NCBI GenBank assembly: GCA_020443075.1
Contig: JAGRIU010000034.1
Span: 23,421 to 87,420, forward strand
Origin: Alphaproteobacteria bacterium
GTDB taxonomy: Bacteria > Pseudomonadota > Alphaproteobacteria > Micavibrionales > Micavibrionaceae
Direction: 5' to 3'
Length of the DNA: 64,000 nucleotides
The notes below the pieces were generated by a model. That model was not told the origin of the DNA, made no database searches, and saw only the letters and a list, made by a program, of their open reading frames with translations. Made by a program: the position numbers and the translations under genes. Shown in pieces: positions 38,249-46,515 of this stretch (position 1 is the first letter of the stretch; each line of letters begins with the position of its first letter).

Positions 38249-40210
38249 ATGCCTAAATCCAAACCGCCATCCATTGCCGAACTACAGCAAAAAATCGCCG
38301 CCGCCGATGCGCTGGCGGAGCAAAAATCGAATTTTCTCGCCACGATGAGCCATGAAATCCGCACGCCGATGCAAACCATCTACGGCCTGTTGGAACTCAT
38401 CGCCGATGAAAAGCCCTCACAAAGCATTACCGAAATGGTCACCACCGCGCAGGGCGCGGCCAGCGGCTTGCTGGAAATCCTCGATGACGTGCTGGATCTG
38501 GCGAAAATGGACGCCGATAAAATGGAGCTTGATGCCTTCGAGGTTCCTGTGCGCCTGCTGGTGCGCGGCTTGCTCGAAGCCTTGGCGGTCAAAGTCCACG
38601 GCGTGGATATCGAGTTGATCGACGACATTGAAAAAGATGTTCCTTTCGTTGTGGTCGGCGATCCCAAGCGCCTGCGCCAGATCATTATGAATCTGTGCGG
38701 CAATGCGCTGAAATTCACCCATGAAGGCCGCGTCACCGTGCGCGTCACCACAAAAATTCAGGCCATTAAAGCGCCAAAAGACGGCGTAGGGCTTCGTTTC
38801 GAAGTCATCGACACCGGCATCGGCATGAATAAAGAAACCTGCGCGCGGCTTTTTGAATCCTTTTCCCAAGCCGATAATTCGACGCAGCGCAAATATGGCG
38901 GCACGGGGCTGGGCCTGTCCATTTCCAAAAAACTCGTCGAGCTTATGGACGGGCGGATCGGCGTAGACAGCGAGGAAGGCAAAGGCTCGACCTTCTGGTT
39001 CGAAATCCCCACCCGCGAGGTCAGCGCCGATGAAAGCACGGTCGAACTTCCCAAGCTCGACGGTATCTCCGTGCTCTCGGTCGAAGACCACCCGCAAGGC
39101 GCCAAGGAAATTGTCAATTCCCTGCGCTCGATGGGCGCCAGCGTCGAAAGCTGCCCGACTTATAAGGAAGGCTTGGAGCTGGCCCGCCGCCGCCCCTTTG
39201 ACGTTGCCGTGATTGATCAGGGGCTACCCGACGGGCTGGGGCTGGATTTGATCAAAGAGCTGATTGATATCCGCCCGCACATGGGCCTTGTCATGTACAC
39301 GGTGCGCGAGGATGTCGGTCTGGCGCATTCTTTGAAAGCGCTGGGCGCAACCTATCTCACCAAACCGGCCAGCCGCAAAGGCTTGGGCGAAGCCGTGCAG
39401 GACTGCGCACAAAAATCTTTGTCGATGGATATTAGCGGTCCGACAAAAATGCTCATCGCCGAAGATACGGAGAGCGTGCGTGATATCCTTAAGCGCCAGC
39501 TTGATAAACTGGGCGTAGAGGCCAGCTTCGCCGGCAATGGCAAGGAAGCCTTGAAAGCTCTTAAAGGTGGAGAATATGGTATTTTGCTCACGGACCTGCA
39601 CATGCCGGAAATGGACGGTTATGCGCTGGTCGAGGCGATCCGCACGCAGGAAAAAAGCGCAGGAAAGCATTTCCCCGTCATCGTCCTGACCGCCGATGTG
39701 CAAATGGCCCAGCGCGAAACCTATCTGCGCCATGGCTTTGATGAATGTTTGCTCAAGCCTGTGAGCTTAGGCCAGTTCCAGCGCTTGCTGATGCGCTGGG
39801 GGCTTTTGAAACAAGAGCCGCAAATCGCAGAGCATCCTAAGACAGAAAAATCCGCCGTAGAGGAAAACGGCGCGGCCATTGACCGTCAGGCGATTATTGA
39901 TCAGATGGGCGCATTGGATGAGATGGCGATAGACATGCTGGGCATGTTCGTAGAGATGACCGCGCCTTTGATTGAGCAAATAGCCGCCGCTCATGACGCG
40001 CAGGACTGGTCGGCACTGGCTGAGGCCGCACACAGCCTCAAAGGCAGCGCCCGCTCGGCCTGTTGCCTTGCCCTTGGCGATGCGGCGGCAAAGCTGCAAG
40101 ATACCGCAGAAAAAGGCCCTGCCAAAGCTGGCCTTATTGATAAGATCAAAACAGAATTTAAAAACGTCGAAGAAGATCTGCCTGTTTTGAAGGCACAGGC
40201 AGAGCGCTAG
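38249..40210 (+). CDS. Soluble hybrid histidine kinase: HisKA-HATPase-REC-REC-Hpt
   Basis: H-box FLATMSHEIRTPM, G2 box GGTGLGLSISKKLVELMDG, two receiver domains (DVAVIDQGLPDGLG and ILLTDLHMPEMDG) and Hpt (AAHSLKGSARS). No TM or sensor domain lies before the H-box. The ORF is also open from 38216. Confidence 0.85.
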   Translation: MPKSKPPSIAELQQKIAAADALAEQKSNFLATMSHEIRTPMQTIYGLLELIADEKPSQSITEMVTTAQGAASGLLEILDDVLDLAKMDADKMELDAFEVPVRLLVRGLLEALAVKVHGVDIELIDDIEKDVPFVVVGDPKRLRQIIMNLCGNALKFTHEGRVTVRVTTKIQAIKAPKDGVGLRFEVIDTGIGMNKETCARLFESFSQADNSTQRKYGGTGLGLSISKKLVELMDGRIGVDSEEGKGSTFWFEIPTREVSADESTVELPKLDGISVLSVEDHPQGAKEIVNSLRSMGASVESCPTYKEGLELARRRPFDVAVIDQGLPDGLGLDLIKELIDIRPHMGLVMYTVREDVGLAHSLKALGATYLTKPASRKGLGEAVQDCAQKSLSMDISGPTKMLIAEDTESVRDILKRQLDKLGVEASFAGNGKEALKALKGGEYGILLTDLHMPEMDGYALVEAIRTQEKSAGKHFPVIVLTADVQMAQRETYLRHGFDECLLKPVSLGQFQRLLMRWGLLKQEPQIAEHPKTEKSAVEENGAAIDRQAIIDQMGALDEMAIDMLGMFVEMTAPLIEQIAAAHDAQDWSALAEAAHSLKGSARSACCLALGDAAAKLQDTAEKGPAKAGLIDKIKTEFKNVEEDLPVLKAQAER

Positions 40211-40219
40211 GAAAATAAC

Positions 40220-40969
40220 CTAGCTGTCACATCCGTCAGCCGTATCTTGGTGCTGTCCGGCAGGCGATTTGGTCAAGACCCAGACGCGGAAACATAGATT
40301 CCCGGCCGGACATGTTGTTTCCGCCGTACCCGCATCATCCAGATTCACCGCACCGCCGCTCGCATCAATGACATCGGTCTCACAGGCGGAAAACTCCGCA
40401 TCCAGCTTGCTCAAGGCAGAAGCGAGAAAAGAGTCCGATTTGGTCGTGCGCGTCCAGAAATAGATCCCGTCCTGCCCGTTATAATATTGCCAGTCTTCAA
40501 AGAGGTCCGGCGGCGGCGGTAAAAACTTACCCGATTTGCCTGAAAAAATTTTGGCATGATCCGTCACATTCGCACCGTCTTGATGACCGGGGCAGCGTAT
40601 ATCTTTCACCAACCGTCCTGCGGTCTTGCCAATCACAGCCGCAGGCGGCCCGTCATAATGGGTAGAGCTGGGCTTAATCGGATAACGATCATCCGCGCTG
40701 GGATCACTGCCGCCGCCCGATGTATCAATTGTGCTATCCCCGCCCGGATATTTCAAAATGCATTCCTGGATGGCCGAGCGTATAATATTGACCTGTCCTT
40801 GCAGCCCTGCAACAGATTTGAAACTGTTTTGTGAAGAGGTTTGCTGCGAAGAGTTGTCCATGAAACTCAGCGTTAAAGCGGCCAGCAGCGCAATCGCGAT
40901 CAGGATATAAACAAGCGCGCTTCCGGCTTCGGAGGCGCGCTTAGCATAAGGTGTAAAAGACGGTTTCAT
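40220..40969 (-). CDS. Pilin-like protein 2 (about 250 aa) of the type IV filament-like cluster
   Basis: ATG at 40969 gives MKPSFTPYAKRASEAG|SALVYILIAIALLAALTLSF: a charged leader, Gly, then a hydrophobic helix. Several Cys lie in the C-terminal half. The track start at 41089 would overlap the upstream gene by 100 nt. Confidence 0.6.
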   Translation of the reverse strand: MKPSFTPYAKRASEAGSALVYILIAIALLAALTLSFMDNSSQQTSSQNSFKSVAGLQGQVNIIRSAIQECILKYPGGDSTIDTSGGGSDPSADDRYPIKPSSTHYDGPPAAVIGKTAGRLVKDIRCPGHQDGANVTDHAKIFSGKSGKFLPPPPDLFEDWQYYNGQDGIYFWTRTTKSDSFLASALSKLDAEFSACETDVIDASGGAVNLDDAGTAETTCPAGNLCFRVWVLTKSPAGQHQDTADGCDS

Positions 40970-40988
40970 CGCAACCAAAGGCCTTGCC

Positions 40989-41744
40989 TTAACGCTCGAC
41001 CAGAACGTGATAATACACGTAATCGCCGCTCCCGCCACCGTTACGGAAACAGCCGAAGGCTTCGCCGTCGAACAGGGCGCTGGTTTCATCGCCGCCCGTC
41101 CCCAAAATCAGGTCGCCCGCAGAGGCCATCGTCAACTCACCGCTGACTTTGCCGTGCATATAACCGATTGTTGTGGCATTGCCGGCGCGGCTGGCCGAAA
41201 GTGTAGGTGTTGTCCCGAAGCTTAACTCGCTATTAATCCGGTCGCAAATCGACGACTTAATGCCCGGCAAAAAAGCAATGACTTCATTACCGGCTGTTGC
41301 CTCGTTACTGCTGGTCCCGAGATTGACGACTTCAAAATCGCCGTTAAAAACCCACGTGCCGGGATTGCCGCTAGCCATAACATCAGCCGGGGCCGGTGCA
41401 AAGGTAGCCCCGCCGCCGCTCGGGTGAAAAACACAATCTGTAGGCGTAGCATTACAGGTTGTTGCAAAGGCCGATGGAGGATCAAAGTTGAGATCTGCCG
41501 GATCAACACCGCTACTAACCATCATACGGATAATCGCCGTGCGAACGGAAGCCGGATATTGAGTAATAGTCGCGCTACTGATCAGATTTGTCTCACTGCT
41601 GGCATCCCCGCCGCCTGAACGCGAAGACTGCGTCACGGCATAGGACAAAGCCGCAAAAAGTGCGACGGCGATCAAAATCAGAAACAAGACGTTCCCGCTT
41701 TCTTTCGAACGTGAAGCCGGAAGATGGGCCGGAATTTCAAACAT
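40989..41744 (-). CDS. Pilin-like protein 1 (251 aa) of the type IV filament-like cluster
   Basis: MFEIPAHLPASRSKESG|NVLFLILIAVALFAALSYAV: a 17-aa charged leader ending in Gly, then about 20 hydrophobic residues. It has Cys pairs and is paralogous to 662-1366. Confidence 0.65.
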   Translation of the reverse strand: MFEIPAHLPASRSKESGNVLFLILIAVALFAALSYAVTQSSRSGGGDASSETNLISSATITQYPASVRTAIIRMMVSSGVDPADLNFDPPSAFATTCNATPTDCVFHPSGGGATFAPAPADVMASGNPGTWVFNGDFEVVNLGTSSNEATAGNEVIAFLPGIKSSICDRINSELSFGTTPTLSASRAGNATTIGYMHGKVSGELTMASAGDLILGTGGDETSALFDGEAFGCFRNGGGSGDYVYYHVLVER

Positions 41745-41805
41745 TAAATCTCTCCATATTATTCAAACAACAACCACAAACTTATCCTTACGCCGACCAA
41801 GTATA

Positions 41806-42357
41806 TCACCCTGGCGTATTGACGGAAACCTTATTTATCCTCAAAGAGGCGGCCAGCGGATATTTATCGCACTCGCGCCCGACGCATAGTCTTTCAATGC
41901 TGACACGCCAGCCCGACCCTCCGTTTTGGATATGCCCGATGGCTTCGCGAAACTGGCCAAAGGCCGCTGTCGTGCTCGCAGTAATCAAAACGGTCGAACC
42001 GCTGGCCTTGATATCCAGCCCGGTATAAACATCCTTGGCATTTTTGACGAAATTTTCAACTTCCGCGCCGTTGACGGCCATATCCTGAATTTGTGGCACG
42101 GCCGGCTTCAAAGCGCTGCCTTCGGCCAATTTAGTTCTTAAAGCCGTGAGTTCCTGAAGCTGAACGGTTGTATAAAGCCCAGTGGCGGCCGCGGTGGCCC
42201 AAACGGCTCCCAAAATGATCAGCATCGTTTTATTGGTGTTTTGCGGAAGTTTCTCCAAAAAAACATTGAGATCATCAGCTACGCGAGGGTTGGCGAGCTT
42301 TTTAAAAGAACGCCAGTTAATCCCACTTGCCATTTTTTTGAACGCTGCAAAATCCAA
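41806..42357 (-). CDS. Bitopic assembly protein, GspM/PilO-like by architecture
   Basis: About 45 aa cytoplasmic, one TM (MLIILGAVWATAAATGLYTTV), a coiled-coil segment, then an approximately 100-aa periplasmic domain. Called from position in the cluster only. The start is uncertain (TTG 42357 or ATG 42333). Confidence 0.4.
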   Translation of the reverse strand: MDFAAFKKMASGINWRSFKKLANPRVADDLNVFLEKLPQNTNKTMLIILGAVWATAAATGLYTTVQLQELTALRTKLAEGSALKPAVPQIQDMAVNGAEVENFVKNAKDVYTGLDIKASGSTVLITASTTAAFGQFREAIGHIQNGGSGWRVSIERLCVGRECDKYPLAASLRINKVSVNTPG

Positions 42358-42438
42358 AACTTAAATCCGATCTTGTTTAAGGTATGAAACCGAACCCCTG
42401 CACTCGATTATACCTCATTTTATTATACTTTCCAGATG

Positions 42439-42454
42439 TTAAAGGGCCTTTAAC
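42439..42454. promoter_or_regulatory. CtrA-box-like motif TTAA-N7-TTAAC inside a 21-bp perfect palindrome
   Basis: TTAAagggcctTTAAC at 42439-42454, embedded in atgttaaagggcctttaacat (42436-42456). It lies in the 148-nt AT-rich gap about 80-100 nt upstream of 41806-42357 and the pilin genes. Confidence 0.45.
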
Positions 42455-42505
42455 ATATTGATATATTTTAAGTATGGCTTGGGCCTATCCTTTTGATACG
42501 AAAAC

Positions 42506-43495
42506 TTATCTGTTGCCGATGACACGAATACGTTCATCTTTCGAACGATCCTTTTCATCGACCCGCACACCGTATTTTTTGATAACGGTTTGTACGAAGG
42601 CAGGCGGCACCAGAGCTTCCCATTCGACACGGTCGCCTGTGACCTCATAGCGTACAAGCGTACTGTCCAGTTTGCTTAAACCATCCAGAATTTCCTGAAT
42701 TCGTACCATATGCTTGATGGTGTTGCTCTGCATCGCGTTATAAGCATTGAGCATCAAATCATTCGCGGCCTTGTCTGTCTCACGTTTAACCGTATCCAGA
42801 TCCCGCTTAATGAAATTAATGCTGATATAATTGAAGATGAGAATACTTAAAGCAATCCCGGCCACGGCTAAACCGGTAAAAATAAGCATGCGCACGGTCG
42901 CGCGTGAAAGCTTTTCCGTTTTGAGCGTCCGGTTTTGCCAAGGGATAATATCGGCGACCTCGGTATTGATCGTCACAAAATTGGCATCCATACTCTGAAC
43001 GCGCGGCAAGATCGTCCGCGACGCGCCCAGAAAAACCTGCATCCGCCCCGTTTCCGGGTCCCAGCGCAAAGCCGAAGCCAAACCTTCTTGTTCATACAAG
43101 TAAACGGTTTCTTTATCCCAATGCTCGCTATTGCCCGGCAGCGCCGCCGCCAACGGGCACCAGCTATCCGGATTCGAGGACAAAGATGCCGAAGGACAGG
43201 CCAGATACCAGATCCGTCCACCGTCAATCGAATACACATAATGAACTTTTTCTGTGCCGCAGGCCTGAGAAGCAGCATTCCAGACAGCTTCGTCTTCGGT
43301 CCCCGATACGTGGGGGATGACCCCGCCGACAATATCCTGCGGCAGATAAGGCTGAAGATCGCGAACATAATTTTTGGCCTCTCCGGCAAGCATATCGGAA
43401 AGGCCGGGCATGGGCCGCGCCGCCTGCGCGCTCTTTCGCTGTTCCATAAAGCGGCCGCGCTCTAAAGCTTTTTGATCATCCTTCGTAGTCGCCAC
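42506..43495 (-). CDS. Bitopic assembly protein, GspL / PilM-PilN-fusion-like by architecture
   Basis: About 210-aa cytoplasmic domain, one TM (MLIFTGLAVAGIALSILIF), and an approximately 100-aa periplasmic coiled-coil/ferredoxin-like tail. GTG start with a good RBS (aaggaagg). It directly follows the platform gene. Confidence 0.5.
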   Translation of the reverse strand: MATTKDDQKALERGRFMEQRKSAQAARPMPGLSDMLAGEAKNYVRDLQPYLPQDIVGGVIPHVSGTEDEAVWNAASQACGTEKVHYVYSIDGGRIWYLACPSASLSSNPDSWCPLAAALPGNSEHWDKETVYLYEQEGLASALRWDPETGRMQVFLGASRTILPRVQSMDANFVTINTEVADIIPWQNRTLKTEKLSRATVRMLIFTGLAVAGIALSILIFNYISINFIKRDLDTVKRETDKAANDLMLNAYNAMQSNTIKHMVRIQEILDGLSKLDSTLVRYEVTGDRVEWEALVPPAFVQTVIKKYGVRVDEKDRSKDERIRVIGNR

Positions 43496-43509
43496 GTGTT
43501 AAGCCTTCC

Positions 43510-44730
43510 TTATACTGCCCCTTGCATCAAGCCGCCCATCATAGAATCCATACTCATATTCATCACGGTCAAGGCGTAGATGGCGCTTCCGAACGCAATG
43601 GCCAGAAAAACCCCGGTAATAGCAAACGCAATCCATACGATCATCGAGTGCTTGGACTTTGCCGCATGCGAACGCATTTCGGCGATAGACTCCATAACTG
43701 TAGCAACTTGTCCCAGGTCAGACAAGGCCGCAAGCTCTAAACGTTCATTCCGGCGCAGCGGCGCACGGTCAAGTGCCGACCCCAGTGTCATCCCGCGGCT
43801 CAGATCAGCCAGCGTATCCAACCAATATTGCGTCACATCCGGCGCTGCTGACGCTTCGGCCGATTGTTCCAATGTTGTGTTAATCGGCACAAGGCCGCGC
43901 AGCATCCGTGCCGCTGCCGACATCGAATCGGCAAAGGCCAGATCGCGCAAATAACCACCGATTAACGGAATTTTTCGCACCAAGCGCGCGGTCGGCCAGT
44001 CTTTTTTGCCGCGATTGATCCAGTAGGAAAAAATACACCAGCACATAAAAGCGCCCGTAGCCACGGAAAGATAGATCAATATATCCCACGTCAGCCCCAG
44101 ACGATTGACCACCAAAGTGAACTTCTCAAGTTCGTCCGGATCACTGGGAGGATTGTCACGAAACCATTTTAAAACCATATCCTTCCCCGCCCACAAAGAC
44201 GTCACAATCGAAAACACGTCAAAGCCGAGCCAACCCATTGTCCCCATAATCGCGCGCGTATTTTTGCGCTTCTGCGTAATCGACTGGATTGCGTGTGGAA
44301 TGCCTTCAATCAAACGGTTTGCGCGTTCGCTACCGGCCAGAATCGCCAGTGTTCCGTGATCGAAGATATTCAGCGCCTTAAGTGCATCAATGACCCCCAG
44401 ACCTCGGGCCAGCGCTTCCCGAGCGGGAGCAAGAATATTTTGCCTGCGCGGGTTGGTTTCGGCCTGAATGATTTTCCACAGCGCCACGCCCGGCGATGTC
44501 GAACCGGAGCGAAACTGGATACCGCGCAAAAGCTGGACCTGCCACCATGTCGAACGCGCCAAGAGCCGCTCAAGCGGTGAACGTTCATAGGGGCGGATAC
44601 TTAAAACATAACCACCTTTCTTGGAAATGACCTCGCGTACGTCATCGGCGGTGGGCAGGTAAAATGTCTCGGTCGCTTTTTTAGCGCCGGAAGTTGTATC
44701 ATAAGCAATTTCAGCAATCCATTGCTGCAT
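43510..44730 (-). CDS. Type IV filament platform protein (GspF/PilC family)
   Basis: 406 aa with two repeated T2SSF-like halves (IPLIGGYLRDLAFADSMSAAARMLRGLVP...) and three TM segments. Lies next to the ATPase. Confidence 0.75.
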   Translation of the reverse strand: MQQWIAEIAYDTTSGAKKATETFYLPTADDVREVISKKGGYVLSIRPYERSPLERLLARSTWWQVQLLRGIQFRSGSTSPGVALWKIIQAETNPRRQNILAPAREALARGLGVIDALKALNIFDHGTLAILAGSERANRLIEGIPHAIQSITQKRKNTRAIMGTMGWLGFDVFSIVTSLWAGKDMVLKWFRDNPPSDPDELEKFTLVVNRLGLTWDILIYLSVATGAFMCWCIFSYWINRGKKDWPTARLVRKIPLIGGYLRDLAFADSMSAAARMLRGLVPINTTLEQSAEASAAPDVTQYWLDTLADLSRGMTLGSALDRAPLRRNERLELAALSDLGQVATVMESIAEMRSHAAKSKHSMIVWIAFAITGVFLAIAFGSAIYALTVMNMSMDSMMGGLMQGAV

Positions 44731-44742
44731 AGGACAGGGGCC

Positions 44743-46512
44743 TTATTCTTCCAGATAAGACAGGGCGGCTTTCGGATCGACCAGCCCGCTCAAAACCAGA
44801 TCGACCAGTCCCTCGCGGCGTGTATGGACAATCACCCCGTCTTCTTTGATCACATGGTTAACGTTATGAAGCAGAGCCTCATAAATCTCATTTCTCTGGG
44901 CCGGACCGACAGTAATTAAAAGTGCATCCAAAAGAAGTGTTCGCCCGGAAATCCCGGTACGGTTACATAGGTCACAACCCGATGTATTGTGACGGCGGAT
45001 CTTGGCTTCAGGCTCAATCTTCAGGTGGGCGAGCTCGTCCGGACTCAGAATTTTCCCGGCCATATCCTTATGAGAGCAACCCTGACACAGGGTTCGGACC
45101 AGACGTTGGTTCAAAATACAGCGCACCTGCTGCGCCAGTGTATAGGTCGAGGAACGCTCGCGCGTATGCGGCATCAAAGAGCGCAAGCGCTCAAAAGTTT
45201 GCAGCGCCGTATCGGCGTGGATAGTCGAAATCACGGTATGCCCGGATTCGGCAGCCTTCAGCGCTGTTTCCACCGTATCACCATCGCGCATCTCCCCGAT
45301 GATAATATAGTCCGGGTCATGACGCATCGAGGCACGGATCAAGTCAGCGAATTCCCCACCCGGCATCCCGGGGCGCACCTGCCATTGCGTGGCATAGCGC
45401 AACTCATATTCGATCGGGTCTTCGATCGTCAGGACATGTCTGCGCCGCCGGTCGATCTCTTGAATACAGGCATACAGCGTCGTGGTTTTACCGGAACCCG
45501 TCGGACCGGAGAGCAGGATCAAACCGCCGCCGCCCTTAATCTCGGGAGAAAGCAGTTTGGCCAGATATTCCCCGACATCCTTGTGGCGGCGGAAAAGCTC
45601 GTCAAAGCCTTTCAGGGCCGCGCGGTCAAGCAAACGCAGCGTTAGCTTTTCCCCGTCTTGGGCCTGCGGGCCGGCGGCCACACGCACGTCAATGGCGCGG
45701 CCTTGCCAGGTAAAACCAAACCGCCCGTCTTTAGGCGTGGTTCTGTCCCCGAAGTTCAGCCCGGCATCGCGCTTGAGCAAAGTCGTCAAACGTGCCATCG
45801 CATCGGGCGGCAGCAAATGCATCGGAATCATATCCCCGTCAATCCGGTACTGGATCCAGTTCGGCGCTTCGGGGTTGTTATCTTGCACAAGGTGAATATC
45901 CGAGGCGCGCATTTGCAGGGCTTCGGCCAGCATATCGCGCTGGAACTGGTTGAGCAGCAAACCGTTATCACTGTCGTTTAACCACAAGGCCAGCGTCTTC
46001 TCGCAGCGATCAGCCGAAAGATCGTGCACAGAGCGCAGCGTATCGATCAGTTCCTTACGGTCCCAGATTTCCGATTCCACGCGTTCGACGTGAAAGCCGC
46101 TTCGGCTGGCCGTGGAAATCAGCGTTTCAATCTGGCGCTCGTTAAGCTCTTGCAAGGGCGCAATGCGCAAAACCCCGTCGCTCAGACCGATCAGGTGAAT
46201 ACTTAAAGGCAACCAGGCTTGCACGGGTAAAATCGCGCGCAGCTGGTCTCCGGTCGCGCGGTCCTTAATTCCCTCGTCTTCAATATCGGAAGGTAAAACG
46301 GCCCCGGCCATATCCAAAAGCTGCTCGGTCGAGCGGGAAATACCCTGATCAAGCATCATCGATCGTTCGCGCTGGACCATATCCAGATAACGTTCGCGCC
46401 CCTCATGGGCGCGCCGCACACGTTCAGAAGCAGAGTGACGGCGCTCTACACCGCTTGGCGGCCCGCTGTCTTTCCTACGTTTTTCGGTATCTTGAGAGTC
46501 TTGACTGGCCAT
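44743..46512 (-). CDS. Type IV filament assembly ATPase (GspE/PilB family)
   Basis: Walker A LSGPTGSGKTTT, Asp box, Walker B YIIIGEMRD, His box GHTVISTIHA, and a tetracysteine motif CQGC...CDLC. Confidence 0.95.
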   Translation of the reverse strand: MASQDSQDTEKRRKDSGPPSGVERRHSASERVRRAHEGRERYLDMVQRERSMMLDQGISRSTEQLLDMAGAVLPSDIEDEGIKDRATGDQLRAILPVQAWLPLSIHLIGLSDGVLRIAPLQELNERQIETLISTASRSGFHVERVESEIWDRKELIDTLRSVHDLSADRCEKTLALWLNDSDNGLLLNQFQRDMLAEALQMRASDIHLVQDNNPEAPNWIQYRIDGDMIPMHLLPPDAMARLTTLLKRDAGLNFGDRTTPKDGRFGFTWQGRAIDVRVAAGPQAQDGEKLTLRLLDRAALKGFDELFRRHKDVGEYLAKLLSPEIKGGGGLILLSGPTGSGKTTTLYACIQEIDRRRRHVLTIEDPIEYELRYATQWQVRPGMPGGEFADLIRASMRHDPDYIIIGEMRDGDTVETALKAAESGHTVISTIHADTALQTFERLRSLMPHTRERSSTYTLAQQVRCILNQRLVRTLCQGCSHKDMAGKILSPDELAHLKIEPEAKIRRHNTSGCDLCNRTGISGRTLLLDALLITVGPAQRNEIYEALLHNVNHVIKEDGVIVHTRREGLVDLVLSGLVDPKAALSYLEE

Positions 46513-46515
46513 ATT

